Assembly (NCBI GenBank): GCA_965235115.1
Contig: OZ249438.1
Location: 17,980,001-18,044,000, forward strand
From: Laetmonice hystrix
Lineage: Eukaryota
Direction: 5' to 3'
DNA: 64,000 nucleotides
Shown here: one piece after another, positions 50,401 to 62,739 of the stretch
Numbering within the stretch: the first letter of the stretch is position 1
How the letters are laid out: every line of letters begins with the position of its first letter
Made by a program: the position numbers and the translations under genes
The notes under the pieces: generated by a model
Database searches by the model: none
Told to the model about the DNA's origin: nothing
What the model saw: only the letters and a program-made list of their open reading frames with translations

Positions 50401-53400
50401 GGCAGAAAGCCCGTAAAGGTCTGGGATAAGAAACAATTAGGCCAGTGAACTTATAGGAAGAAATAATTTTTAGTGAGACCACTGTACCTGTTAGGCTGAA
50501 CTAACATCTTTATTAAAGTTCAGTCACTAAAGTTCTAATAAGTAATTTCATAGAAAGTTCTGACTTTGATTTTCATTGAGTTTACAGTCCAGACATGTTG
50601 GAAAGAGTGCAATAGTGAGAATTTGTTGGCACAGCCAGGGCGTCGTGTGTCGTGCAAGCATTGTTTTTATTCCCCTAAAGCAGGACGCCAAATCACAATG
50701 TTGTCTGTGCTGTGCCACTTTCCTACCTTTTATCATTGTTAGGTGTTTGTCCTTCACGAGAGGTAGAAAAAGAATCCCATGTAAAAACAGAAAATATGTT
50801 TGAAGTGGGATTGGAGGCAGGCCATGCCGGAGGAGTGGAGTGGTTGTAGAAACCGGTTCACAATGGGGGCGCGGCTCCATCTATAATCGAGACAGGCGGA
50901 GAGGGTAAACGGTCGACTGGCGCACGCTGTAAAATACATCCTTACCATCTTATGATACGCTCTCCTTACAGGGTCTCACGATGAGGAAACTAATACATAA
51001 AAATGTCGTGATGAAAATTCAGAGCCAGAACCCAACATGTAATGGGGTTTCCTTGTTAGTGATGGGTTCTTGAGCTTTAGGTCAGGCGGAGTTAAGGAAC
51101 ATTGAACAAGCAGTGAATGGACATGTACATGTATACAAATGATTACCGAAGTACATTGTACATACTTCCTGTTAACTCTCGCTAAGTGATGTGTCATCAT
51201 GTTGGAATGTTGCTTTCTTGTATATCAGTTCAAGGTATACATGTAATACTATGGGCTCAAATCTATCATTCTTCTCAGACACAAATTTATAATCTAGATT
51301 TGAGAGTAGGCCTATAATTATGTCCGAATGTAATGTACGACTCTCAGAACAAGTCCAAATGAGTTCGGTGAACAGTCTCGAGTGAATCCCACCACTTGAA
51401 TAGAGAAAGGAAGGGGGCTAGTACAAGAGACCCGAGGGAGAGAGAAAACACTCTGAAGTAAGAAAGATAACAGTGGAGGAGTTTTCCAGAGGTAGACGAA
51501 GGATGGGTCTGTGAGCAGCTGAATGAAGTAGGTCACCTCATGTAGAGGTATGTTACAGCAGGCCAAGCGTGACATGATTTGTTTAGTCGTGATCGCTAAA
51601 CCTGGAACTGTAGAATTGCGGCACGCGTCGAGACAACAGGCAGGAAACTGCCGGCCGAGAGGTGACGTCATCAGCCAGCAGACGGCAGGCAATTACAACG
51701 GAACCTGGCACGGCAATAATACATATCCAGGTCAATGTACCCTTTCAATCTCCGGCATGCAGGCCACAGCACGTGGCGGGGTTAGGAGATCAGCACAACA
51801 TGCAGGCCAGGCTATGAAACAAACGTTTTTAATATCTGGTGTGCATACAGACATATCATGCAGGCCACATCAAGAGGCATTCCTGCAGTCATATGGTAGA
51901 GTCAGTTGACATGAGGCGTCCTGGACCTGATTTGTTTTTGATTGTGGATGTTGCGACCAGATCGTCAGCAGGCTTTGACAGGCCAGCGTTGGGTCGACGT
52001 AAGTAAGGACATGGACAGACTGCCGTGTCAGGGGTGCAGGGGGCAGAACGGTGCCCATCATGACCCCTGCCTCACACATGACCTTAAAGGTCTGAATACG
52101 AGGTGGAATGCAGGGCGTGAAACGTGTCAAATAAACCTAGTTTTCACAAACTCGAGCGTTGACAACCAATTTTCCTTTCATGTAGTCTAAATAAAGTGCA
52201 GCCTTTAGATCCTCCAGTTTATGCGTCAGGACTATACAGTGTTATGTTCTCAACAGTTAACTCTCTCTCTCTGTACCTTTGAGCAATGTTTTGGTAATAA
52301 AATCTGGGATGGTGCCATGTAATGGAGGAATGAGAGGAGAAAGGGAGGTTGGGCTCCACGTACATGTACCCACGTTTTGAGAGCTTACACCAGTAATTGA
52401 TCTGGAGACCCTGTGAAGACCAGCGCAATACTTTTAAAGGTTACCCGGCAATGAATGCCTGGGGTGAGGGGTACAGGGCCTGGCCCCGTGCCCTGTAATG
52501 GGGGAAATTATTGGATCAGATCGATCAAGTATTCATTGCCAAGACGTTCCCCTTTAAGGGGACAATGGAGGCAGGAGGGGGGACCTTATATCTCAGATCA
52601 ATGAGTTTCTGAAAGTAACTGAATGCTTTCTGCTACCTGCACGTTCTACAATGAGGACAAAATCAGTTAACAGTACCTCCCTTATCTTGATGAAAGCTGT
52701 GTCGGAACAGTCAGAAATAGAGAAAAGCCACGAACAAGCAGAAATCTATAAATAGAACTTGACGAATGTTGCTGCTTTCAGTGTACCAAATCCATGTTGA
52801 ATTTTTATTTCGAAAGTTTTCCGCTAAAAGATTCCTTTAAAACTAAAATAATCGTCATCTGTTTCCCTGAATACAGAATGAAAGGAGCATCTCTGAGTGC
52901 GGCTTGGTGGACCTATTTTTACCATCCCTTGTGAAAGTGGCGGAGAATCTTGTGAAAGGTCTCCGAGACGTTGAAAGGCGGCGGTTGGCTGCAGAAATGA
53001 CTAATCCTCCTTGACTGCTTTTTGTCGTTTTCGTCGCTTGAAATTGGTGTTGACCTTTTTTCGCCATTGTCGGTTCCTATTCGGATTCCAGAACTTGGTG
53101 TCGTAGAAAGTGTTAGGCGCTCAATATGAAGTGCGTCAAATGAAGTGTTCCTTTGCTCACCCTATTGCCATGAGTACAAAACCAGTTTGTGACAGAAGTT
53201 ATTGATTACTTTCAAGACAAATGGGCGGCCTTCATTCCCATGGAGTCGTAGACAAATTAGCCATACTTGATTCTGATAAACCACTCATTCCAAAGCCAAT
53301 TCATTGGAATTTTTCCCCCTCGCGTTATTTGGACGGCGCCAACTGAATTGTCAAGTTAGTTGTTTGCAATTCACAATGACAGGCACCCCGTGGCTGCGTA

Positions 53401-53914
53401 GGAAACCGACAGGTTCCCACGGAAGTAGTCATCCTTTAATTGAAGTAGTACTCAATTAGTTTTCTCTTGTACTTTTTGAGTTGGTAACAATGTGTCAGGT
53501 ACTTAGATTGGTGGTAATTATACTTGAGCCAAGTCATGCCAGTTTATTTAACTGACGCGGCTAATGTATTAAGGGCTGGTACAATTTAATGTTATTCTCC
53601 GGCTTAGCTGAGGGACCGATTACAGCTGGTTTGAGAACTGGGGCGAGCACGGATCCTGCTAATTCTGAGAGTGCAGGCGTTTACTGCAGAAAACATTTGT
53701 GGAACCTTGATTACAGAGACGAGTAGTGGCGTGCGTGACTAACAACGATGTCCAAACAGGTCCTTCCTCGGTTCCGACCCGAAAAGTGTTTAGTAATTAT
53801 TAGGCGTTTGGACTGATTGGCGAAAATAAAGTCGCTTATAACCTTCGTTTATGGGTTATGAAAATAGGATCCCATTTGACGATGCTTGTGGTTGTTGTGG
53901 AAGATGGTGCCGAG

Positions 53915-54757
53915 CCCAACTGTCCTGGTCCAACTGGAAGCACAGATTCCAACTGTCAGACGTTCTGGGGCAGCTGGAGGCACAGATTCCAACTGTCAGA
54001 CGTTCTGGGGCAGCTGGAGGCACAGATCCCAACTGTTAGACGTTCTGGGCAGGGCAGCTGGAGGCACAGATCACAACTGCCATACGTTCTGGGGCAGCTG
54101 GAGGCACAGATTCCAACTGTCAGACGTTCTGGGGCAGCTGGAGGCACAGATCCCAACTGTCAGACGTTCTGGGGCAGCTGGAGGCACAGATTCCAACTGT
54201 CAGACGTTCTGGGGCAGCTGGAGGCACAGATCCAAACTGTCAGACGTTCTGGAGCAGCTGGAGGCACATATCCCAACTGTCTGACGTCCTGGTCCAGCTG
54301 GAGGCACAGATCCCAACTGTCAGACGTTCTGGGCAGCTGTAGGCACAGATCCCAACTGTCAGACGTTCTGGGGCAGCTGGAGGCACAGATCCCAACTGTC
54401 AGACGTTCTGGGGCAGCTGGAGGCACAGATCCCAACTGTCAGACGTTCTGGGGCAGCTGGAGGCACAGATCCCAACTGTCAGACGTTCTGGGGCAGCTGG
54501 AGGCACAGATCCCAACTGTCAGACGTTCTGGGGCAGCTGGAGGCACAGATTCCAACTGTCAGACGTTCTGGGGCAGCTGGAGGCACAGATCCCAACTGTT
54601 AGACGTTCTGGGCAGGGCAGCTGGAGGCACAGATCCCAACTGTCAGACATTCTGGGGCAGCTGGAGGCACAGATTCCAACTGTCAGACGTTCTGAGGCAG
54701 CTGGAGGCACAGATCCCAACTGTCAGACATTCTGGGGCAGCTGGAGGCACAGATCCC
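53915..54757. repeat. Minisatellite, 40-bp unit, ~21 copies
   Basis: Unit ggaggcacagatcccaactgtcagacgttctggggcagct. Two copies carry a 4-nt insertion (gggcagggcag). Confidence 0.97.
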
Positions 54758-54767
54758 TTCGACAGGC

Positions 54768-54855
54768 GTCTTTGCCTCCGGAATGTCCGCCAGGCACTAA
54801 GAGGAGACAGTGTCTTTGCCTCCGGAATGTCCGCCAGGCACTAAGAGGAGACAGT
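54768..54855. repeat. Perfect two-copy tandem duplication, 44 bp
   Basis: gtctttgcctccggaatgtccgccaggcactaagaggagacagt x2. Confidence 0.92.
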
Positions 54856-55142
54856 GGTTCTGATGACGTACAGTAGAATCCAGTTTCTGAGGACGGTGTT
54901 AGAGATACGTCAAGGTTTCTTACAATCAATCATCAATGTTACCCTTCACCATTACTTGTATTGACTTGTCGGCAGAGCGGTAAATGATGAATAATGCTCC
55001 ATATAATCATAATTGATCTCTCTATGCTTCTACACCGGCGTTTGAAGGCGTAGCTTTTGTGCTGACGCTAGCGGACTGATTGCTCATGTTAAGCATGAAT
55101 TAATGATTCTCACTTTGCGTTGCCTTAGGCTGAGCACCTTTG

Positions 55143-55178
55143 CTGATGTATTTCATTGTTTGTATTTTACAGGTAAGT
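55143..55178 (+). other. Juxtaposed 3' and 5' splice sites (candidate recursive splice site/ratchet point)
   Basis: Branch-like ctgat (55143-55147), AG-free T-rich tract gtatttcattgtttgtatttt, acAG (55171-55172), then a perfect donor GTAAGT (55173-55178). Confidence 0.5.
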
Positions 55179-57544
55179 GGCCTGTCAAGCCATCAGTACG
55201 AAGGTTGGGTAAGAGTTTCTCATCAGTAACATCTATTAGCGGATCTCATGTTTAGTCTCACTGACAATAGGTTGTATTTTGCACTTCTCGGAACCTCGCT
55301 GATTTGATCTCCATATCTAGTCTGTTCTGACAGTAAATAAAAGTAAGGTCTAGATTCATATGTTTTTAACACTTTATTTTTTAATGTTTCGTAAAACAAG
55401 TCGCAAAATGATAATGTTGCTGCAACGCGCTGTGCTGCGTGTGTGTGCATAGACCTGGAGACACGGCTCTCGGGATCTTTCACAGATGACTGGAGGAATC
55501 CTTGTGGTATTAAACAATGGTAACAGGGTGGGGCTTCGGGATGGAGCTATGCAGTCATCTGATCCATGGGATCCCCGCCACGCCCGTCTCAATGTGTACG
55601 ACATACTTGCCTTTACCATATAACCGTGTGTCAATTCTTGTAGAACGTTGTGTCGACTTTGAACCGTCCACGTTCCATTACGAACTATCATAACCAGCTT
55701 GTCAAAGCTCGCCACCGACACAAAGTTGTTGCTTTGTCTATTGTTACACATAACTCATATTTGCCTCGGATCCTGATTTCTGTAGCATGAAGAATACGTT
55801 CCCTAGTAGAATATCTACCACGACTGTTTTCTTTGATCAAAGCGGTCCCCGTAACGTAACGAAATCGACATAGAAGTAAACTGATAGCGAGTCAAGCCTG
55901 ACGGTATATATACAGGTCGCTATGGCACGATGTAACCAACTAGAGCTCCACCTCGTGTCAGGCCATGGGTAAGCGCATTCGGAGGGTTTAGCATATTTCA
56001 GGTGCATTGAAAGTATCGGCAGCCCTGAAGTTCTTATAAAGCCTCCTTAAGCCTTATTATAGACTTCCAGTCTCTGCCCCCTGACCCTGCTTAAATACCA
56101 ATGTAAGTAGTATATGACAAGAGAGGTTTTGCGGCGGTGTGGTTATATGGATTGTTCGCGGTTTTATAAGCTAGCTTTATGTAGCGTTGTGCAGTAGCAG
56201 GCGTATATTTATGAGGAAGGTGAACTTTTATGGGTTCATTATGAGGTCATTTATGTGAAGCAATGAGAACCTTCAGTGAAACCGAAGCAGCCGCTTTGAT
56301 GAATTCTGTTCGGGTATTTTTTAGACTAATCCAGTTGAACCAGCAGGTCATTGTCTTGTGGCGGCCCTCGGAGGGGCAGGTACTAGGGTTACGTACGGGA
56401 TTTACGTTACAAATAATGCATGGCAAGTAGCAGTGTGTCACTTCGATCATGAAACATCGCCTGACATCGACTAGGGGCTGGGGGGATGGGGGGGGGGGTG
56501 GCCAATGAGGGAGGACCTTCTCGTCGTCACCCTGGGACACACCCAACCCCACCGTCAATAGGGCAGACACGAAATGGTTTCCAACCCCAGGGAGTGAAGT
56601 TTGGAAAACTCCCGCGGTCAGAGATAAAGATATTGACCGCCCTCGCTGGAACAACGCATTATTGTGGCGGATAAGATCAGTACGTTTGCAGGCTGGTGAA
56701 TACAGAAGTAGGTGCCGATTTCCATCGTCCGTTAGTCTCACAGCGAAGATTGTGTTATCTGGGCCAAGAATGGTTGATGCCCGCTCTCTCGGTGTGCTAA
56801 TCTAAACTGATTAAACTTTGCGTGTTGATAATTTCTTTGTTTTAATCAGATAAAAACGGATCCAGTAAATCAAGGTAATACCACGGTATTGATTGTAATC
56901 AATGAGATATAATCGACACTTTGTGACAGTATCATTACTCTTACTCGTGGCGCCAAACATTCAGTCGGATAATTGTAGAAAACAACACAGCAGCTTGATT
57001 TGACCTACAACACAAACTTCAAATAGGATTGGTATAGGTAGGGCATTACCTTTAACAGAGTATAATTGATGAGGGATCCCGAACTAATGAATGTTTCATG
57101 GCCTAGTCAATGATGATTCCACCTGGTGTTTGCTAATGGTCGGCCTTCATGACCAGGTAATATTGGCAGGTGGAAGGAAGTGAAGTCGATATCATGCCTG
57201 TGGGATAAGTCAAGATTATCGGATACTTGGATGTGTGTGTACCCCCCCCCCCCCCTCACTCTATCTCTCTCCCTCTCATTCTGTTACGGGTAGGCGAAAA
57301 CTTGTTTGTATATGAATAGGTCGTATCGCCCTATAATGTAATGTAATGTATATCGACCCCCCACCCCGAACCTTTAACCAAGCCCCTTCCCCCCAAAATT
57401 ACAACATTACATTATGCCACGCCCTGGTATTCTGATCCTCCTGATAATCAGACACCTCCGCGGCACACAGACCGCTACCGCCGCCACCAATGCCATCGTT
57501 TGCTGTCGTCTGCCCGCAGGTGATGCTGCAGGTAATGTGAACAG

Positions 57545-57563
57545 TTGCCACCAGGGGGCGGTT
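57545..57563 (+). promoter_or_regulatory. CTCF core motif match
   Basis: ttgCCACCAGGGGGCGgtt matches the canonical consensus core CCACCAGGGGGCG exactly. Confidence 0.55.
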
Positions 57564-57947
57564 GTCTTAGACAGAGGAGAACAGGGCAAGAGTTGTGGCC
57601 CAATCTACACCACAGGCTGACAACACTTATTAGACATAATTGTCGGCATGGAATAGAATTCGTTGCGATCAACGATGACACTTGTCGTCACTGATTGCAT
57701 TACGACCTCCTAGTAATTGCTGTGGTCATCGCTAGGCTAGTGGGCATGCTCTGTTCGCCAGCATAATTGCGCAGCAATTAGAGGAAGTGAATGGCTGGCA
57801 GTGGTAGTAGCGATGGGTAATTGTGAGGGGTAGGAGGAGGAGTCTGGGAGGGGGTAGGCATGACGTGCTGCACGTCAGCGTCCCCCAGTGTCGTGACATG
57901 CCAACAAACACGGGCAATTTGTGAGAAGTGTGCCGGACTCTTTACGT

Positions 57948-59428
57948 GTCCACACCGCCAGTTTAGAGTGTATCGTCTCTGATCCAACCCCGGACAGGTT
58001 CGGTCCACGGTCCACACCGCCAGTTTAGAGTGTATCGTCTCTGACCGAGCCTGGACAGGTTCGGTCCACGGTCCACACCGTCAGCTTAGAGTGTATCGTC
58101 TCTGACCCAGCCCCGGACAGGTTCGGTCCACGGTCCACACCGCCAGCTTAGAGTGTATCGTCTCTGACCCAGCCCCGGACAGGTTCGGTCCACGGTCCAC
58201 ACCGCCAGCTTAGAGTGTATCGTCTCTGACCCAGCCCGGACAGGTTCGGTCCACGGTCCATACCGCCCGCTTAGAGTGTATCGTCTCTGACCGAGCCCGG
58301 ACAGGTTCGGTCCACGGTCCACACCGCCAGCTGAGAGTGTATACATCGTCTCTGACCCAGCCCCGGACAGGTTCGGTCCACGGTCCACACCGCCAGTTTA
58401 GAGTGTATCGTCTCTGACCAGGCCGGGACAGGTTCGGTCCACGGTCCACACCGTCAGCTTAGAGTGTATCGTCTCTGACCGAGCCCGGACAGGTTCGGTC
58501 CACGGTCCACACCGCCAGCTTAGAGTGTATCGTCTCAGACCGAGCCCGGACAGGTTCGGTCCACGGTCCACACCGTCAGCTTAGAGTGTATCGTCTCTGA
58601 CCGAGCCCGGACAGGTTCGGTCCACGGTCCACACCGCCAGCTTAGAGTGTATCGTCTCAGACCGAGCCCGGACAGGTTCGGTCCACGGTCCACACCGTCA
58701 GCTTAGAGTGTATCGTCTCTGACCCAGCCCCGGACAGGTTCGGTCTACGGTCCACACCGCCAGTTTAGAGTGTATCGTCTCTGACCCAGCCCCGGACAGG
58801 TTCGGTCCACGGTCCACACCGTCAGTTTAGAGTGTATCGTCTCTGACCCAGCCCCGGACAGGTTCGGTCCACGGTCCACACTGCCAGTTTAGAGTGTATC
58901 GTCTCTGACCAGGCCCGGACAGGTTCGGTCCACGGTCCACACCGCCAGTTTAGAGTGTATCGTCTCTGACCAGGCCGGGACAGGTTCGGTCCACGGTCCA
59001 CACCGCCAGCTGAGAGTGTATCGTCTCTGACCCAGTCCCGGACAGGTTCGGTCCACGGTCCACACCGCCAGCTGAGAGTGTATCGTCTCTGACCCAGCCC
59101 CGGACAGGTTCGGTCCACGGTCCACACCGCCAGCTTAGAGTGTATCGTCTCTGACCAGGCCGGGACAGGTTCGGTCCACGGTCCACACCGTCAGCTTAGA
59201 GTGTATCGTCTCTGACCGAGCCCGGACAGGTTCGGTCCACGGTCCACACCGCCAGCTGAGAGTGTATCGTCTCTGACCCAGCCCCGGACAGGTTCGGTCC
59301 ACGGTCCACACCGCCAGCTTAGAGTGTATCGTCTCTGACCCAGCCCCGGACAGGTTCGGTCCACGGTCCACACCGCCAGCTGAGAGTGTATCGTCTCTGA
59401 TCCAGCCCCGGACAGGTTCGGTCCACGG
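57948..59428. repeat. Minisatellite, 61/62-bp unit, ~24 copies
   Basis: Unit ccggacaggttcggtccacggtccacaccgccagcttagagtgtatcgtctctgacccagc(c). Junction variants gacccagccccgg, gaccgagcccgg and gaccaggccggg. Confidence 0.97.
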
Positions 59429-60025
59429 ATCTGATCAACAGTTCACCTCAGTGAGATCACTCACGGTTTTCGTATGTCGTGTTTGTTTTAACGGTTTGCC
59501 GTCATTGTTTCTGACGGCGGGTCAATGAAAACAACATGCCCATTCACCAACGGACTGAACATATTGTAAAGAATGTTCATGTATTGTCATAAATCAAGGT
59601 AATACCAAGATATTGATTACCAAAGTTGATGTGAGGTCGTAATGTCGCCATTACTCTCTCCCTCACTCGGACAAAATTGACTTTCCAGATTTTCCCATCA
59701 GTACAAATGAAGAACTATTAATTGAAATGGTACTTTGAACGATGCGGGGCATTTGGAATGTAACGTAAAGTCTTATACGGATTTCGTGGAAAATGGGAGA
59801 GCTCTGATGAACAGGTGATGAAAAAATGGTTCAAGTTTAAAAGATGGTCATTTTGTGCGTTGGTAAACTAGAAGGGATAATTCCGGGGCCGGCCAGCTCA
59901 CCTGACGCCATTCTCCTACCACTAATGATCCACGGGTTAGCCTTTGATGCTCACACACACCTGAGCCAGCTGGGGACGCACACCTCGTGACCACCGAGTT
60001 GTACGGATCACGTCCGCAAGGTGGC

Positions 60026-60879
60026 AGTAGTGGTCATCTAAGGTGTCACCAAGCCAGCCCCTGTCTCACCTCTCCACCCTGCTCCCATACCCCCTCCCTC
60101 TCTCCTAAACAACATAGTAGGTCATCTAACGTGTCACCAAGCCAGCCTCTGTCTCACCTCTCTACCCCTGCTCCCATACCCCCTCCCTCTCTCCTAAACA
60201 ACATAGTAGGTCATCTAACGTGTCACCAAGCCAGCCTCTGTCTCACCTCTCTACCCCTGCTCCCATACCCCCTCCCTCTCTCCTAAACAACATAGTAGGT
60301 CATCTAACGTGTCACCAAGCCAGCCTCTGTCTCACCTCTCTACCCCTGCTCCCATACCCCCTCCCTCTCTCCTAAACAACATAGTAGGTCATCTAACGTG
60401 TCACCAAGCCAGCCTCTGTCTCACCTCTCTACCCCTGCTCCCATACCCCCTCCCTCTCTCCTAAACAACATAGTAGGTCATCTAACGTGTCACCAAGCCA
60501 GCCCCTGTCTCACCTATCTACCCCTGCTTCCATACCCCCTCCCTCTCTCCTAAACAACATAGTAGGTCATCTAACGTGTCACCAAGCCAGCCCCTGTCTC
60601 ACCTATCTACCCCTGCTCCCATACCCCCTCCCTCTCTCCTAAACAACATAGTAGGTCATCTAACGTGTCACCAAGCCAGCCCCTGTCTCACCTATCTACC
60701 CTGCTCCCATACCCGCTCCCTCTCCTACACCCTCCGTCTCTCCTAAACAACATAGTAGGTCATCTAACGTGTCACCAAGCCAGCCCCTATCTCACCTATC
60801 TACCCCTGCTCCCATACCCCCTCCCTCTCTCCTAAACAACATAGTAGGTCATCTAACGTGTCACCAAGCCAGCCCCTGT
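60026..60879. repeat. Minisatellite, 89-bp unit, ~9.5 copies, pyrimidine-rich half
   Basis: Unit catagtaggtcatctaacgtgtcaccaagccagcctctgtctcacctctctacccctgctcccataccccctccctctctcctaaacaa; period 89 (60113 to 60202). Confidence 0.96.
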
Positions 60880-61480
60880 AGGGGTAGGGTAGGGGTGTAC
60901 AGACGTGTACTGACCTGTCCGTGTGTATGGACCAGGTCAGACAGTGTAAGTGTTGTCATTACCTTATATACAAAGTTCTCTGTAGCATGTGAAAACCATA
61001 GTCTAGGACAAGCAGAGGACGAATATCGTCCATAACAGTCATAAAAGTCGACCATAAAACGTTAAGTCCGGGTAGGATTGGCCGAACGCCCGAGTCAGCC
61101 CACCCCAACCTATCTGTGAATAACGAGTACGAGTGACAGTTACACAACAAGTACTACTGATCGCATGCCTGACCCAACCTTACCCTGACCTCAGCTGACC
61201 TTACCCTGGCCTGAACTGAATGATCCGTCGCCTTGTCACACCCGTTACAAAAACACACTCCTTAGAAAACATAGCCGTGTAAGAGTTCAGTCTGAACTTA
61301 AACTGCTTTACCCTCCTTAAGATATGTAAGGTGCCTTGGTGCTGTCAAATGTTTGTCGATACCAGTAACAGTTTCTGGGATCTAACAGAGAGAAGATCTC
61401 CGGGGGAGGACGTACCAATGTCAAAGAGATGACGACTGTTGGTAAACTCTCCCACGGAAACTGGCGTTGGTATAGACAGC

Positions 61481-61776
61481 GCGTGTGTCCCCTAGAAACT
61501 GGAGCGTCTGTCCCCTAGAGATTGGAGCGTCTGTCCCCTAGAGATTGGAGCGTCTGTCCCCTAGAGACTGGAGCGTCTGTCCCCTAGAGATTGGAGCGTC
61601 TGTCCCCTAGAGACTGGAGCGTCTGTCCCCTAGAGACTGGAGCGTCTGTCCCCTAGAGACTGGAGCGTCTGCCCCCTAGAGACTGGAGCGTCTGTCCCCT
61701 AGAAACTGGAGCGTCTGTCCCCTAGAAACTGGAGCGTCTGTCCCCTAGAGATTGGAGCGTCTGTCCCCTAGAGATT
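61481..61776. repeat. Minisatellite, 23-bp unit, ~13 copies
   Basis: Unit ggagcgtctgtcccctagaga(c/t)t. Confidence 0.96.
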
Positions 61777-62739
61777 CGGCCCAACCTCTGGACAATCAGT
61801 ATGCTGGTGGTGTCGCAGTGCTAACAGAAGACACACGACTGTCAAGACACACACCTTAATGTTCACAGGCCCCTAATGGCCCTCCATGTACCAGCATCAT
61901 AACTGTCTTGGCGACTGGATCTGGCTGATAATGGTATTTCTAATAGGCTTCCATTAAGGAAATAATGTAGCCATTTAAATATGTCTTCATCTTCCCCATC
62001 AGCTGAATGATGCTGGCAGGGAATCTGAGCTGCGTCACTCTGAGCCATTCCAAGCAATAATTTACTCCTTAATTGTATTTTGCCAACAATAGATGTAAGT
62101 GACTTGGCAGAGTGTGGTACTCCATATGAACAGAACATGTATGTTCACATTTGATATCATCCAAGGTCAGCTGTTGTGTGTCATAACTCTCACATGTCGC
62201 CAACAATAGGAAACATATATGAGGACATGAAACATGTTTCTGGCCAGTTTGTAGACCCTGTGTGACCACTTGGTTCGTTATTTATTGAGTGTAACAGTAG
62301 CAGGTAACTTCATACCCCCATGCCTGGACCAATTTATTAACCGCTAGTAGCCGTTCCCCGTACCAGCCACTAAAAGCTTATATTACCCGTGTGGTACATA
62401 TTCATTAATTCCTTTTCATGGAGATTTCCATTCAGTGTAATTGCATATGTTAATTGGAGAATGAAATGTAAATGGTGCTATCACAAGAGGTATTAACCTA
62501 GATATAGGTTTCCAGCATCTAACGTATCATGGTAGATATCGATTCGTCTATCACAGATCTGGTACGTCCAATAACTAAGTATTTGACTGAATGTATTTCT
62601 GAACAAGTTTGATACATCTGAGACAGCGTAATGTGAGTGCTATATATTCAGACTATCTGCGTGAATATTGTAATTGAAGTCCCACGACAGGATAGGACGA
62701 AAAGACCCGTCCCCAGAGTGTGTAATATCCCCCCTGGTT

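Noticed and set aside
53858-54844. 328-aa ORF (and overlapping ORFs) across the 40-bp array
   Set aside because: The unit is not a multiple of 3, so the peptide cycles through all three frames of one stop-free repeat. This is an artefact.
57778-59373. Repetitive minus-strand ORFs (MDRGPNLS...)
   Set aside because: Translations of the 61/62-bp array.
59896-59911. ATGGCGTCAG|gtgagc on minus, a possible first coding exon
   Set aside because: A 10-nt coding stretch with a donor occurs readily by chance, and there is no supporting promoter or downstream exon.
61863-62138. IFKWLHYFLNG resembling a LINE RT segment (LLxWIxSFL)
   Set aside because: Flanking RT motifs (KAFD, GVPQGS, YADD) are absent or wrongly spaced.
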